From Patescibacteria group bacterium (GTDB lineage: Bacteria; Patescibacteriota; Microgenomatia; JAADGY01), in contig JAJRVN010000050.1 of the NCBI GenBank assembly GCA_024277325.1, positions 1 through 40,305 on the forward strand: DNA of 40,305 bases, given 5' to 3'. Below the pieces are notes generated by a model. That model had not been told where the DNA came from. It did not search any database and worked only from the letters and a program-made list of their open reading frames with translations. A program made the translations under genes and the position numbers. Positions 18,301 to 26,325 of the stretch are shown here, one piece after another; positions within the stretch are counted from its first letter, which is position 1; every line of letters begins with the position of its first letter.

Positions 18301-19633
18301 TTCTTATCTCACCAACGATACCGGCTAGAGTGTCTGTGTCGGGGTGTAAGCCAAGGTCTCGACTATCTTCGGATACAAGCAGGCTAAAGACTATTAATTT
18401 TTGCAGCTGTGGTGTTGCCAGCCGGCGGTCTTTAAGGTGGCCGGCCAGTTCGTTAAATATTTTACGGCCAAGAGCTGACAACTCTTCATTTGCTTTAATT
18501 TCAAGCCAAGAGCGCGGCCTGTCAACAGCTGATATCTGGCTCAGTTGGTTTTTTATCTGCTCGGCGGCCTCGCCGGGTGGAGGCGTTTCTGTTTCAACCA
18601 AGCCTGGTCGGCTTGGCTTAACTTTGTCAACAAACTCCTCTTTGATAACGTCAATAAAAACCGCTTGTTGTGGCTCAAGTTTGACTACTTGTAAACCTAT
18701 TTCGGTAGCATACTTAGTCAGCCAGTGGTCAATTTGTTGCCTTTCCTTATCACTCAACAGGGTTAAAAGGGTTGTAAAAAATGATCGGGCCCTCTCTTGG
18801 CGAACATCCGCGGCGACTGTTTCGTCTTCCATTGATTCAAATTGTTCAAACAAGTTATTATCAGCTTCAAGCTTGTCGATTAATATCTTGGGCAGCCCCG
18901 GCCGAGTCTTGATATCAACCAAGAGGTCAAGAATCAAATTGAGGTCTGTCTGTTGGTGTCGAGTCAGAACTTCTAATATTATATATTTATCGCTGTCGGG
19001 CCAATTAGAATCATCTGTTAAAAACTCATAAAAACTATCAATCACTTCTTGGTTGAGATTAACTTGGCCACTAGCTCCAACATCTATTGTGGGGCTGTCC
19101 GGGTGAGGCAGGTTCCTGTTGTACAGGTCAATAATTTGGCGATTGGCTGGATCAATCACTACTCGAATCAATTTTTCTTTTTCTTGCTTTTTGGCTCTCT
19201 TGGCCAAAAAACCAGGATACCAATTAAGCAGATCCGATACACGACTGTTAACACTGTTGTTTAACATGACTTGATCACCACCCTCAAGATCGGTTGTGAG
19301 CAAATTAAAAAGCCGCCTGGTTTGGGGAATGTCTTGTTGGAGAGACTCTATCAACCGATAATTACTTGCGGTTATATATATTTTTAAAATAAACCAAACA
19401 TCCTTAAATTTGTCATGTTTGGCCGCCCATTTTAAAAGGTCAACTAGGGCCCGCCTGGCTTCACCTTTTTTATACTCTTGCTCTTTGGGGATAAAATCCT
19501 TAACCTCGTTAATCGCTTGCAAACTGCCGGCGACAACTCCAGCTTCGGGGTTGGTAGAAATTTTGTCTGTTTCCGGCCTTAAGGCTTCGTTAATATATTT
19601 TTTGAGCGGGTAATTAACTTCAACTGATGTCAT
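15392..19633 (-). CDS. Giant orphan protein (1413 aa), predicted cytoplasmic with a single C-terminal tail anchor
   Basis: Uninterrupted 4.2-kb ORF. No N-terminal signal. One hydrophobic stretch (FLIVSGLVGLGVTGLAL) ~10 residues from the C-terminus. A manual scan found no P-loop (GxxxxGK[ST]) and no HExxH. TATAAT (19642-19647, minus strand) lies 8 nt upstream of the ATG. Confidence 0.7.
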   Translation of the reverse strand: MTSVEVNYPLKKYINEALRPETDKISTNPEAGVVAGSLQAINEVKDFIPKEQEYKKGEARRALVDLLKWAAKHDKFKDVWFILKIYITASNYRLIESLQQDIPQTRRLFNLLTTDLEGGDQVMLNNSVNSRVSDLLNWYPGFLAKRAKKQEKEKLIRVVIDPANRQIIDLYNRNLPHPDSPTIDVGASGQVNLNQEVIDSFYEFLTDDSNWPDSDKYIILEVLTRHQQTDLNLILDLLVDIKTRPGLPKILIDKLEADNNLFEQFESMEDETVAADVRQERARSFFTTLLTLLSDKERQQIDHWLTKYATEIGLQVVKLEPQQAVFIDVIKEEFVDKVKPSRPGLVETETPPPGEAAEQIKNQLSQISAVDRPRSWLEIKANEELSALGRKIFNELAGHLKDRRLATPQLQKLIVFSLLVSEDSRDLGLHPDTDTLAGIVGEIRKQKGLVRLSEVKGDLAKKQAKLRGLTPDTAEYQSLEKEIGKLEKMVMVLEQVKTVQKLSQITKTYKSILELLIDRGFGQDESEELVELLDEGRISTVIGRVAERLSLSRDVINWFHHIFEIHASLQHQVDDIISPMPELRPPAQIDPQSKSYEAAMTQFMARQAERGFDNRFFSYDPSRVFVDLLNHSIDVSRVYGKLNQEILNADDPIAREIVDKMSQVINSAYSIRYNHPDNKDEELMKYHQIKALVYLYDYDLDSLSDGAKERVQKVISLLQNNFFADASRRLLAESMRPGEENKSLPSIDQQYILILINLLPLRDSLSTRGFLRMMEMERRTLKSSYEQLFHQRSLVDEREINAMQKSKIEVANQDLFLADFIDAWEMYPANLKDVAGSDYEEYKKNNLTPKNVELYVYEENIEKIEEIRLGVIKQVLKDKGIDYNSLDYGARSQLRFMSMGAVSWMIITGGYYNALKGYYEGYPKDKVKAILAFRHYITKYGGPVGGVDGILMEQIAPPPSRILKGDLAVFDKILVDFFGIPNLSSSEAKKLRRGLQCVFFEDHQDNPILRTVGDVRVLGYGGIEQDGGVSDDSSEWVWHAKQDRDPDKQGLTGFFDDPEKAEAIKLVLDKLGDLTEEQKYGDNGLYTFLGFNRRKTQQLERMLHGKINANNYDHLGSNQAEIDRRKQGLLVLRTIMAKWSNRFIGNIRNNEVATALYDIGFGFNDYFDFMRYAVAMEKVSNQMFRFSSRPSRDTLYEIFGILKGTTLGADVVRMVMKPLVDLLITWYKAHRARRPWSPFHSDPVEWDKPFKLPIGEQLIDERGLPVYETGQIKCIDPLTGQPVVATTTLRDVYNSRQFDWAQRLRLNMAYYLKGEGVSLMALLNGTSWLGEKYTLDKRDIMDFLIKVEGDGMLDNKMVRDIAKKHVGRMYYYWYRLGFNFDLDDIFKEFLIVSGLVGLGVTGLALKEGLAGSK

Positions 19634-19829
19634 CTTGGCTTATTATACTATAAATACGGCGGTTATCACTATAAACCAAAAGGGTAATATTATCCTCTTT
19701 TTACTATCTCAATTAAGTTTTTTCTCTTTTCAATTCGATGGATCAGGTATTTTTTGATTTTTTATAACCCAAACCTCACCCTTCTTGCCAAAGCCATCGG
19801 CACATATTGGTTTTGAGGTAAAATAGGTT

Positions 19830-22800
19830 ATGGCTGAATTCTCAACCGCTCGACCCAAGGTTTTAGAACCATTCAAACATGCTTGTTGGCGACAAAAACA
19901 GACCATAGACGACTGGCTTGAGTGTTTAAATAAGTTGCTTTTTATCATCGAGGCCGAGATCAATGATTTCAAATTAACCATCGTCTTTCAAAAAGAGAAA
20001 AAACAAACTACCCTTAAAAAAAGCGCCCGGCCGGTTTTAATCAAAAGCTTTGTTAGGTTTCTGCACCGATCGTTTGCCAACCGACTGCCTTTTGTCGTGA
20101 CTCCGCCACCGGTCGTTGATCGTGATCAAGATTTATCCATAAGCCAACTTGATAGTTTATCCAGTTTGGTCCAGGAAGTTTTGGTCATCTTATACCGAGC
20201 CTCCTTTCTGGCCCACCTGGCTGAAGAAAGAATGTCTTTGGCCGACATCTTGGCGGCGGTGCCGGATTTACCCGCTATTGATTCGGGTTTGATAAATAAA
20301 ATAATCAGCGATTATAAGCTTGCCATCGATAACCAGCTTGCCGGTGGCGATAACGCCCCCAGCCAATTGGTCGATACTACTAACTTTAAAATCAATCTTT
20401 CGCCCGACCAGTCCGACCGCGTCGTTTGGGACAAGCCTATCTTAAAACAAGATGACCAAGGTAACTCTATCCTGGACATTCCGCCACTGTCCAGCCAAGA
20501 TTTTGGTCACTTGGTGCGCTTATCCCAAAACCTCGAGCAATCGCTTAAGGCAACTATCTTGATCGATGGGATCGGCCTGTCAGGCCCTCCCACTTCCCCA
20601 GAAGAAACCACCTTGTTTAAACTAGCTGGCAGTATCAGTCAAAAAATCTCAAGCCGGGTTTTGTCTGAGGTCATCTCCTCGGGAACAAGCTGGGTAGATC
20701 CTGATTTTATTTCCAGCCGCATAGCTCAAGAAACAATTAGAGAATTAACCTGGCATTTTAAGCAAGATGGTTTAAATAAGTTAAGTAATCAAGGTTGGTT
20801 GGTTTTAAGGAGTTCTTTTAAAAAACATCCGGAGGTTTTATTTTCTCGATTTGAAGCTGCTATTCAAAAAACCATTGTCCCTAAAGCACCGACCGAGGCC
20901 GGCCCAGCCCCAACCGGGCCAAGCCCCGCCCCGCCACCAGCCCAAATCGGCGAATTTCCATTGACGGAAACGGACCGGGGTGGGGAGCTAACCCACCAGG
21001 CCGCTATAGAAGACAATATTGTTGGCTTGCGAGTTTTGGCCAAGGCGGCCCGATTAACCAAGGCGGCTCCAACCAACCCAAAGGACGTTAAACAGATTAT
21101 CAGGCGGCAGGTTTATTCCCAGTTAGTCCAGGCGGCCCGATTAACAAAAGAGAGTAGTTTGGATAAACCTCAGCTTGAGGCTTTGGAAAGAGTGGCTGAC
21201 AAAGCCGCCAACTATCTGGTTTATATCAGTCCGGCCGATCCTGTACTTAACCTTAGACCAAAACAAGCGTACTTGGAATTAATCAGCCAAGAACCTGTGT
21301 TACAAGACATAATTTCTCCGGAAAAGATCGAATCGACCATTGAATTGGTCGGTGACATTAACCGCAAAACCCTAACCTCAAGCGCTGCGCCGATGATAAG
21401 ATCTGCCGCAAAACTGGGCCTTGTTGAACAAATCCTTATGCGCCGGGTTATAAGCAAGCACTATCAGTCAATCATTAATAGCGGAACTGATCCCACCGCT
21501 CTTTATATTGGCTTGTCAACCCCATTAGAAACGCTTCAGGGGCGATTGGATTGGATCGGTGGAGGTTCGCCTATTAACATATTAGGCCTTTCTATACCAA
21601 CGGCTCCGGCATTAACCGAGGCTGACCCCGGCTTTGCCAGGCTCAAGTCTTTAACTCAACAGATTGCCGAACTTAACCGACGAGGAATCTTGGACGACTC
21701 AGACCTTCCTCTTATCATCAGATGGCTCAGGTTAAAAAACAGAATGCGCCAGTCTTATGACGATAAAAAGAAAGCTGTCAAAAATATCATCCCCCACAAC
21801 ACAACCATTATTTTGAATAAGGTTAAAAAGAAGGTTGGCGGCTCGACTGTGGTCCAAAAGATCTTGGACATCTACCAACATCCTTTTGTTGAAAAAATCG
21901 TTGGCGATGCGACTGATTTCCTGTCTGTCCCCAGAAAGACATTGGCTGAGAAAATCAACTTTCATCTTACAAACAAATCTGGCTGGCTGCAAAAGAAGAT
22001 AGAGACCAAGCTCGAAGCTGACAAGACTTCGTTCTTTCGGATCTTTGATACGTCTGAACCTTTTAAAAAACGATTAAAACTCTTTTTTAAGGGAGAAAAT
22101 GGTTGGTTTAAGGTCCACATTGTCGATCCTAGTTTAAAAAAACACGGTGACAGCTCGGTTTTTGCCTTGGGCCAGCGCGGCCTAAACTGGCTCCAAGAAA
22201 GATGGCAGGGGGTCAAAAAAAGCAAAGCCTATAAGTTGGGTTTAAAGGTTAAAAAAAAGATTTTAGCCTGGCAAAAAAAATTCAAAAAAGTTAAAGACCA
22301 AATCAATAAGATTATCGGCAGGGTAGAAAAATACATCGAGCTTTTATCACCCAAGAACCTGTTAAGGAAAGCGCTTGTTACCACTATAAGGCGACTTGGC
22401 CAGTTGTCGGTCAAGTTATTAGCCAAGCTTGGCGTTAAGGTTTCTTTGTCGGCGACCGGGGTCGGCACTGTCGTAGCCATCGCCATGTTGGCTGTTGATT
22501 TTTTCAGCTTGTTTAAAAAACACTGGCAAGAAATACTCTCGGTCCTGATCGGATTGCTGTGGTATCTATTGTCTAATCTGGCTGCTTTTATCGGCGCCGT
22601 GGTCGGGGCCGGCCTCTTCTCGGTTATTGCCCCCTTTTTAGGCCCGGCAGCTCCGGTTATCGGCGGTTATCTTGGTTGGCAAGTTGGCAGCGGTATCGGC
22701 AATTTAATCAGTGCTGTCAAGTCATTTTTTAAAGGCCTTAGTAACTGGTCGTCCTCTATTGGTTCTGGAGCCGGGGTCGGTCCGGGAACCGCCATTGGTG

Positions 22801-23960
22801 TCGGGGTCGGGGCTGGGACCGCTTCTTTAATTTTGGTAAACGCCATCATCAGTCCGGCCTTTTTACTTCCTGGCGAATACCAAAACACGCCGGGGTCCAA
22901 ATATATTAAGGTTTACAAGATAGCCGAAGTCAATGATGTCTATAAAAAAACCGCCGGCCCGTCATACCCTATGCAGCTAGCCAATTTGGCCGCTGAACGC
23001 TCGATTAAAATTTCATACAAAGTCATCATCGCCGCGGTTGACCGGCCGGTAACCATCAACCAGGTTCAAGATAAAATTACCATTTACACCAAAGATGGCG
23101 ATCAGGTTAAGACAACAAACCAAACCATCGAGCTTGTCTTGGCCAACACCAATCAAAAACCAGATACCCCAATCGAGATTGCTACCGAAAACCCGGTTGA
23201 GCTAGTTGGTAGTTTTAGGCTGGGGCCAAAGTATAAAGACAGTCGGTTGCTTAATCAAGTGGATGTCGGCGGCTTGGTTGATGGCAATCAGGAATCCAAG
23301 TCCGACGTCTTTGAGGTCTTGGTCGGCGACGCCCCTAAAAGCAGTTGCTCTCAAACGGCCGCTAGGTCGCAAGTTTTAACCGAAAAACTCTATCGTTGTG
23401 AGGCGGGCGCTCCCCCAAGCCAGGCCCCCAACTGCTACTGTCCAACAACTAATCAGCGAGGTTATTACACCGACACTTTTCATTGTGGCCAAAAACCACC
23501 CTTTGCCAACTATCTTCACTCGGCTGACCCAACCGTCGAAGATATCGAAGATAATTATGTTCAGTGCACCGAATTTGTCCACCAAGCCTTTGAGGATGTC
23601 TTCGGCCAATCCACTAACGCTATTTGCAGCAAGGGTTCGCCTGGCGGGTTTTTGGGCCATGCCGGCCAATGGCTGTCAAGGGCGTCGCGTTTTTGCCCCG
23701 ACCAGTTCGACATCATCCAAAACAACGGCACAAGCGACCCTATGCCTGGAGATATTTTAGTTTTTTCCGGTGGCAACGAATACGGCCACGTGGCTATAGT
23801 CAGCCTTGATGGCAGCGACCCGACTGGCAATGTTGTTCGTTTTTGTGGGGCCAACACACCGAAAAAATGTTATAACATTGCTAAGGGGCAGGTTTGGCAA
23901 AGCCCGTTTAACAGCTTAAAATTAGTGGGGTGGTTAAGGTATAAGTTTTGCCAGCAATAG
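19830..23960 (+). CDS. Giant membrane protein (1376 aa) with a C-terminal CHAP-family peptidoglycan hydrolase domain
   Basis: ~850-aa signal-less N-terminal region with a Pro-rich linker (PKAPTEAGPAPTGPSPAPPPAQ). Lys-rich segment. Gly-rich multi-helix hydrophobic block (~nt 22440-22870). C-terminal CHAP motifs: YVQCTEFVHQAF (Cys codon 23565-23567) and PGDILVFSGGNEYGHVAIV (His codon 23787-23789). Confidence 0.75.
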   Translation: MAEFSTARPKVLEPFKHACWRQKQTIDDWLECLNKLLFIIEAEINDFKLTIVFQKEKKQTTLKKSARPVLIKSFVRFLHRSFANRLPFVVTPPPVVDRDQDLSISQLDSLSSLVQEVLVILYRASFLAHLAEERMSLADILAAVPDLPAIDSGLINKIISDYKLAIDNQLAGGDNAPSQLVDTTNFKINLSPDQSDRVVWDKPILKQDDQGNSILDIPPLSSQDFGHLVRLSQNLEQSLKATILIDGIGLSGPPTSPEETTLFKLAGSISQKISSRVLSEVISSGTSWVDPDFISSRIAQETIRELTWHFKQDGLNKLSNQGWLVLRSSFKKHPEVLFSRFEAAIQKTIVPKAPTEAGPAPTGPSPAPPPAQIGEFPLTETDRGGELTHQAAIEDNIVGLRVLAKAARLTKAAPTNPKDVKQIIRRQVYSQLVQAARLTKESSLDKPQLEALERVADKAANYLVYISPADPVLNLRPKQAYLELISQEPVLQDIISPEKIESTIELVGDINRKTLTSSAAPMIRSAAKLGLVEQILMRRVISKHYQSIINSGTDPTALYIGLSTPLETLQGRLDWIGGGSPINILGLSIPTAPALTEADPGFARLKSLTQQIAELNRRGILDDSDLPLIIRWLRLKNRMRQSYDDKKKAVKNIIPHNTTIILNKVKKKVGGSTVVQKILDIYQHPFVEKIVGDATDFLSVPRKTLAEKINFHLTNKSGWLQKKIETKLEADKTSFFRIFDTSEPFKKRLKLFFKGENGWFKVHIVDPSLKKHGDSSVFALGQRGLNWLQERWQGVKKSKAYKLGLKVKKKILAWQKKFKKVKDQINKIIGRVEKYIELLSPKNLLRKALVTTIRRLGQLSVKLLAKLGVKVSLSATGVGTVVAIAMLAVDFFSLFKKHWQEILSVLIGLLWYLLSNLAAFIGAVVGAGLFSVIAPFLGPAAPVIGGYLGWQVGSGIGNLISAVKSFFKGLSNWSSSIGSGAGVGPGTAIGVGVGAGTASLILVNAIISPAFLLPGEYQNTPGSKYIKVYKIAEVNDVYKKTAGPSYPMQLANLAAERSIKISYKVIIAAVDRPVTINQVQDKITIYTKDGDQVKTTNQTIELVLANTNQKPDTPIEIATENPVELVGSFRLGPKYKDSRLLNQVDVGGLVDGNQESKSDVFEVLVGDAPKSSCSQTAARSQVLTEKLYRCEAGAPPSQAPNCYCPTTNQRGYYTDTFHCGQKPPFANYLHSADPTVEDIEDNYVQCTEFVHQAFEDVFGQSTNAICSKGSPGGFLGHAGQWLSRASRFCPDQFDIIQNNGTSDPMPGDILVFSGGNEYGHVAIVSLDGSDPTGNVVRFCGANTPKKCYNIAKGQVWQSPFNSLKLVGWLRYKFCQQ

Positions 23961-23969
23961 GATGTAAAA

Positions 23970-24566
23970 ATGACAATTAAAAAAAAATTAATTATCGGCC
24001 TTATTAGCTTGATTGTTTTGATTTTTGGTCTTTGGTGGCGATATTCTTATAACCAACCCCGAATCGTTGATTACTTTCCCAGTCGGGGAGTTGGTCTGTT
24101 TGATTTTGTCAGAGTTGAGTTTTCTCGTCCCATATCAGCCAAGATGGTTCGCCTTGAGGTCAGACCGCCATTGAAGATAAGTGTCAAACAACAAGCCGCG
24201 GCTAACACCATTAGGTGGCGGGTCATTGGCTTGCCAAAAGAAAAAACAACCTACAACTTCAGTGTTTTTTATAAAAACAAGCTTATTAAGACTTGGCAAA
24301 TGACGCCTCCCCCAGGATCGACCGGGGTCGGTATTTATCCGGTCGGGTTTGAAAAAGGGTTGGAAGATTATGTTAAAAGAACGCCGATATTGCAAAACAT
24401 ACCAACCAACAATCCTTATTTTAGGGTTAAGTATTATTCTGAATCTTATTTAGCCATCTATCTTTTGGGTCAAGATAAAAACAGGTCGATGGCCGAGGCC
24501 AAAAGGTGGCTTGATAGCTTGCCGGGGGGGTCGCGCACCAACCTCAAAATCGATTGGGTTAAATAA
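23970..24566 (+). CDS. Bitopic membrane protein with an Ig-like (SbsA/Big_5-like) ectodomain; function unknown
   Basis: N-terminal transmembrane segment LIIGLISLIVLIFGLWW. The pattern FPSRGVGLFDFVRVEFSRPISAKMVRLEVRPPL...TTYNFSVFY resembles bacterial Ig-like surface domains. An AGGA ribosome-binding site overlaps the upstream stop. Confidence 0.5.
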   Translation: MTIKKKLIIGLISLIVLIFGLWWRYSYNQPRIVDYFPSRGVGLFDFVRVEFSRPISAKMVRLEVRPPLKISVKQQAAANTIRWRVIGLPKEKTTYNFSVFYKNKLIKTWQMTPPPGSTGVGIYPVGFEKGLEDYVKRTPILQNIPTNNPYFRVKYYSESYLAIYLLGQDKNRSMAEAKRWLDSLPGGSRTNLKIDWVK

Positions 24567-24607
24567 AAAACTTGAGGTATTACCTTTGATCATAGTATCA
24601 TTAAAAT

Positions 24608-25597
24608 ATGCCAGTTAAAGAGCACCCGGTTCCGCAAAATATTACCAGCTACCGCTTTAGGTTGGTGGGTAGCATGACCCTACAGCAATTCTCCGAATTG
24701 GCTGGTGGTTTTGGGTTGGGTTTTATTCTTTGGAAGCTGCCGATTTACCCCATCATCAAGATGCCTTTGGCTGTTGCGGCCGCAGTTTTAGGGATAATGA
24801 TGGCCTTTGTTCCCATAGAGGATCGGCCACTTGATATGTGGTTAACCGCGTTTGTCAAGCATATTTATAGGCCAACTTTGTACTTGTTTAAGACCAGGCC
24901 GACCCCACCGCCTTTTTCTCTTTATCAACCACCAAAAAACAGCGGTCAGAAAAATGACCTTGATGGTGTGAAGGCCATTGACCCTAATCAATATCTAAGC
25001 TCGTTTACTACTAACAAAACCTCTCCTGTCACCGACTATGTCAATCGCTTATTTGATGAGGAAAAAGTCAAGCCTGTTAAAAGTCGAGCCAAACAAGTGC
25101 AACCATTGGCAAAGCCCATTGTTAAGAAACTGCCGATCTCTCCGATTACACCCAGTACCCCAACTAATCAAATCAAGGCCATTAAGTCGAGGCCGATTAT
25201 GCCAAAGACAAAAACAATCAAAACAGCAGCCGGGCCGGGCCGGTTTAAGGCTAAGAGGGTTAAAAAACCGGTGGTAGCTCAAAAACCAACCTTCGAGCCC
25301 AGCCTACCAAAGACCAAGCTTAAAAACACGCCTGTGGGCATGGTGGCTGACCTCGCCGGCAAACCGATCGTCGGCGCCATCGTTGAGGTTAAAAACGTTA
25401 AGTCCGACATTCCTTTAAGGGTGACAAAAACCAACATCTTGGGACAGTTCTTTTTTGGTAATCCCCTGCCGACCGGGGAATATTTAATAGAAGCTGAGCA
25501 CGCAGCTTATGCCTTTAAACCTGTCAAGATAAGTGTTAAAAACAAGGTTATTTTACCGATCAAGATCACCGGCCAAAAACAGGTGGAAAATGTATAA
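24608..25597 (+). CDS. PrgI-family (VirB3-like) membrane protein fused to a Lys/Pro-rich linker and a carboxypeptidase-regulatory-like beta-sandwich
   Basis: The N-terminus VPQNITSYRFRLVGSMTLQQFSELAGGFGLGFILWKL...MMAFVPIEDRPLDMWLTAFVKHIYRPTLYLF follows the PrgI/TcpE-type pattern. The C-terminus GMVADLAGKPIVGAIVEVKNVKSDIPLRVTKTNILGQFFFGNPLPTGEYLIEAEHAAYAFKPVKISV is CarboxypepD_reg-like. Confidence 0.6.
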   Translation: MPVKEHPVPQNITSYRFRLVGSMTLQQFSELAGGFGLGFILWKLPIYPIIKMPLAVAAAVLGIMMAFVPIEDRPLDMWLTAFVKHIYRPTLYLFKTRPTPPPFSLYQPPKNSGQKNDLDGVKAIDPNQYLSSFTTNKTSPVTDYVNRLFDEEKVKPVKSRAKQVQPLAKPIVKKLPISPITPSTPTNQIKAIKSRPIMPKTKTIKTAAGPGRFKAKRVKKPVVAQKPTFEPSLPKTKLKNTPVGMVADLAGKPIVGAIVEVKNVKSDIPLRVTKTNILGQFFFGNPLPTGEYLIEAEHAAYAFKPVKISVKNKVILPIKITGQKQVENV

Positions 25598-25605
25598 TTA
25601 AGATA

Positions 25606-26316
25606 ATGACAAACCCAAAATCAATTGCTATCATCGGTCGCACCCAAGATGTCATCCATGTTAAAAACGTTGTTGATAACTTGGCGGTACTTAAGGACAA
25701 CACCTGTGTTCTTATTTTGGAAGTCGGCGCCATCAACTTCGACCTTCTGTCCGAAGAAGAGCAAGAAACCATTATCTTTGCCTATTCGGGTCTGTTAAAT
25801 TCCCTTTCTTTCCCTGTCCAAATCTATACCCGATCACAAAAGAAAGACTTGTCCAATTACCTGGTTTTTCTTGATTCAAAGATCAAAACCGTGAATAATC
25901 AGATTCTCAAAAAAAGGCTTTTGGACTATAAAAACTTCGTTTACCGCCTGGTAAAGGAAAAAAACGTCCTAACCAAAAAGTTTTACCTTATTATTTCCTA
26001 TAAATATTTCTCACCTCAAGTTGTCCCGACTAAATTTAATTTATTCGACTTGTTTTCCGGTAAAAAAAACAAACCAGCCAACTCGATTCCAGCCGAAAAA
26101 ATCGTCGAGCGAGCCAAAAACCACCTCATCCCTAAAAGAGACCATTTAATAAGGCAGTTATCAAGGATCGGCCTGCCCTCAAGACAACTAAGCTCTTCTG
26201 AAATCGTCAAGCTTTTCCACCACATCTATAACCCCGACCATCCGCTCAAGGTTATCAGTAGTCAAGAATACCTGACTACGTTGGTCAGCACCTCGAAAAA
26301 ACCAGGCCTTAGCTAG
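25606..26316 (+). CDS. Hypothetical protein (236 aa), possibly related to the pre-ATPase N-terminal region of VirB4/TraC-class proteins
   Basis: No P-loop. DVIHVKNVVDNLAVLKDNTCVLILEVGAINFDLLSEEEQETIIFAYSGLLNSLSFPVQIYTRSQKKDLSNYL loosely parallels the N-terminal region of the convergent VirB4-like protein. The similarity is weak and judged by eye. Confidence 0.4.
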   Translation: MTNPKSIAIIGRTQDVIHVKNVVDNLAVLKDNTCVLILEVGAINFDLLSEEEQETIIFAYSGLLNSLSFPVQIYTRSQKKDLSNYLVFLDSKIKTVNNQILKKRLLDYKNFVYRLVKEKNVLTKKFYLIISYKYFSPQVVPTKFNLFDLFSGKKNKPANSIPAEKIVERAKNHLIPKRDHLIRQLSRIGLPSRQLSSSEIVKLFHHIYNPDHPLKVISSQEYLTTLVSTSKKPGLS

Positions 26317-26325
26317 TGGTTAATC

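Noticed and set aside
18216-19031. 271-aa plus-strand ORF inside the giant minus-strand gene
   Set aside because: It lies entirely within the 1413-aa ORF. Its product is S/R/C/L-rich and low in complexity, as expected for the antisense frame of a coding region. It has no start context. I treat it as a shadow ORF.
19730-19981. 83-aa minus-strand ORF in or over the divergent intergenic region
   Set aside because: It overlaps the 5' end of the CHAP giant gene and the spacer, and it has no ribosome-binding site or -10 context. The spacer is better explained as two back-to-back leaderless promoters.
22215-23987. Homopolymeric A7-A9 tracts (22215-22221, 22251-22258, 22273-22280, 23979-23987), considered as slipped-strand phase-variation switches
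   Set aside because: They encode Lys runs (AAA codons). Similar A8 tracts occur in housekeeping genes such as rpmH (31015-31022). They therefore look like normal codon usage in this genome rather than contingency loci. This can only be tested with population read data.
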